DNA of 57,811 nucleotides from Escherichia phage vB_EcoS_AVIO78A: sequence record MZ726797.1; one strand, 5' to 3'. Shown piece by piece: positions 56,703 to 57,811 of this stretch (position 1 is its first letter; each line of letters starts with the position of its first letter). The notes under the pieces were generated by a model. It saw only the letters and a program-made list of their open reading frames with translations, ran no database searches and was not told where the DNA came from. The position numbers and the translations under genes were made by a program.

Positions 56703-57476
56703 TTGACCCATCATATCTTTATACATCATCAAAACAACATCATCAGGCATATTATCTACATCGCAATGCGGGTTGTGTGATAACGCATACAGTCTGATTT
56801 TCTCCTTCAAATCGCTGACATCGACTACAGGTGGTTCCACTCGTGATACAGGTGGTTCCACTCGTGATACAGGTGGTTCCACTCGTGATACAGGTGGTTC
56901 CACTCGTGATACAGGTGGTTCACAAACCATCACGTTAAACGGTGTCCCGGCGCCTTCGTATTTTTCAAGCAAATCGACCATTACATTTACACATTCCGGG
57001 ATCCAGCCACGGCGCAAACCATTCTGAATCCAACTGTCAGTAACGGTGTGTTCGTTTAAATTTCTGCGTAACACATATCTTGCACATTCAAAATTACCGC
57101 ACATCGCCTCAAACCGTGTCCACACGTCGTGACCGTGAACAGCTTCCAGGATCTGTGAATCAACGTATCTGACACGTTGCCAGTAGTTATTAGCAAAACG
57201 CCTGTGTGGTAATTTCTGACGCAGTTCGGTAACCGGTAGCGTGTGTTTAAGAACAATGTTTTCGTCAGAATGTTGTTCTGGCAAGGGTGACAGTGTGAAG
57301 TCAGTAATCTCTTCAAGAATAATACTGATCGTTTCATATTTAGGATGAAACCTACCGCTTAACCATTGGTTGTAACGACCAACAGTTACCTTAACACCTC
57401 GACGATTAAGGTATTCAACAGCATTTTGTACCCCGCCTTTTAAATCTATCAATTCGTCTAAAAGGTTCTTTTTCAT
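56700..57476 (-). CDS. hypothetical protein with EPPVSRV tandem repeat
   Basis: ORF 56700..57482 trimmed to ATG 57476 with AAGGAGGGG RBS. Confidence 0.55.
   Translation of the reverse strand: MKKNLLDELIDLKGGVQNAVEYLNRRGVKVTVGRYNQWLSGRFHPKYETISIILEEITDFTLSPLPEQHSDENIVLKHTLPVTELRQKLPHRRFANNYWQRVRYVDSQILEAVHGHDVWTRFEAMCGNFECARYVLRRNLNEHTVTDSWIQNGLRRGWIPECVNVMVDLLEKYEGAGTPFNVMVCEPPVSRVEPPVSRVEPPVSRVEPPVSRVEPPVVDVSDLKEKIRLYALSHNPHCDVDNMPDDVVLMMYKDMMGQ
56826..56935. repeat. tandem 21-bp repeat (~5 copies) within the 56700..57476 gene
   Basis: ACAGGTGGTTCCACTCGTGAT repeated contiguously. Confidence 0.9.
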
Positions 57477-57482
57477 TATCAC

Positions 57483-57811
57483 CCCTCCTTATTTAACCAC
57501 GGGTAAAGCATAACTCGTGTTAGCAGCTAGTGCAAGATGTGCTTTACATGTTAGTGTATTTACACCTAATGCATGTTGTGCTTTAGCAGCTAGTGCAAGA
57601 TACACGTTGTGTATTAGCTGTTAGTGCACGTTGTGTATCTATGTTGGTACACCTAATGCATGTTGTGCTTTATATAGTGCATGTTGTGCATTAAAGTTAT
57701 ACTTAACATAGATTTCGTCATGTTTATTTTTTGACCAACCCCTCTCTATCTTATTCTTTTTATTATCTTTTTATAGATAACATAGAAAACATAGATATAA
57801 AGAAGAAGTAG
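57483..57811. repeat. iteron-rich non-coding region (TGCATGTTGTGC x4, 23-bp direct repeat CACCTAATGCATGTTGTGCTTTA x2) ending in a ~95 bp element shared with 18801..18905
   Basis: direct reading. Confidence 0.65.
57507..57550 (-). promoter_or_regulatory. candidate sigma70 promoter (-35 TTGCAC, 17 bp, -10 TATGCT) within the iteron array
   Basis: direct reading upstream of 57476 start. Confidence 0.4.

Noticed and set aside
56773-57027. 84-aa plus-strand ORF with TGGSTRD repeats
   Set aside because: Antisense reading of the 21-bp tandem repeat within the minus-strand gene 56700..57476.
1-57811. Lysogeny module (integrase, repressor, attP) and tRNA genes
   Set aside because: No tyrosine or serine recombinase-like ORF and no repressor-operator arrangement was recognised, and no tRNA-like T-loop or cloverleaf was spotted by eye. 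This is absence of evidence only; tRNAscan-SE/ARAGORN and HMM searches should confirm.

Overview
The window reads as a complete or near-complete genome of a tailed dsDNA phage (siphovirus-like) of an enterobacterial host; no integrase or repressor module is visible, so it is probably virulent. The plus strand carries packaging (TerS, TerL), portal, head, tail and lysis genes, then replication genes (helicase, DEDD exonuclease, VRR-NUC, primase-helicase) and a block of small early genes (SLOG-like, NADAR, ParB-like, HD hydrolase). This backbone is interrupted by leftward accessory cassettes, each driven by a copy of a conserved promoter (AT-rich UP element, TTGAC[G/A], 17-18 bp spacer, weak -10). 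The minus strand also holds a replication/recombination cassette (Pro/Ala-linker protein, PD-(D/E)XK nuclease, SSB-like protein, compact DNA polymerase with family-B-like motifs, Dam-type methyltransferase) and a reverse-oriented tail fibre/tailspike. The strongest candidates for undescribed biology are an autonomous operon between terminase and portal encoding low-complexity secreted-looking proteins, the SLOG-NADAR gene pair, and two iteron-rich control regions sharing a ~95 bp element. All functional calls are from motif recognition by eye; no database search was run. Features outside the supplied ORF track have approximate coordinates.
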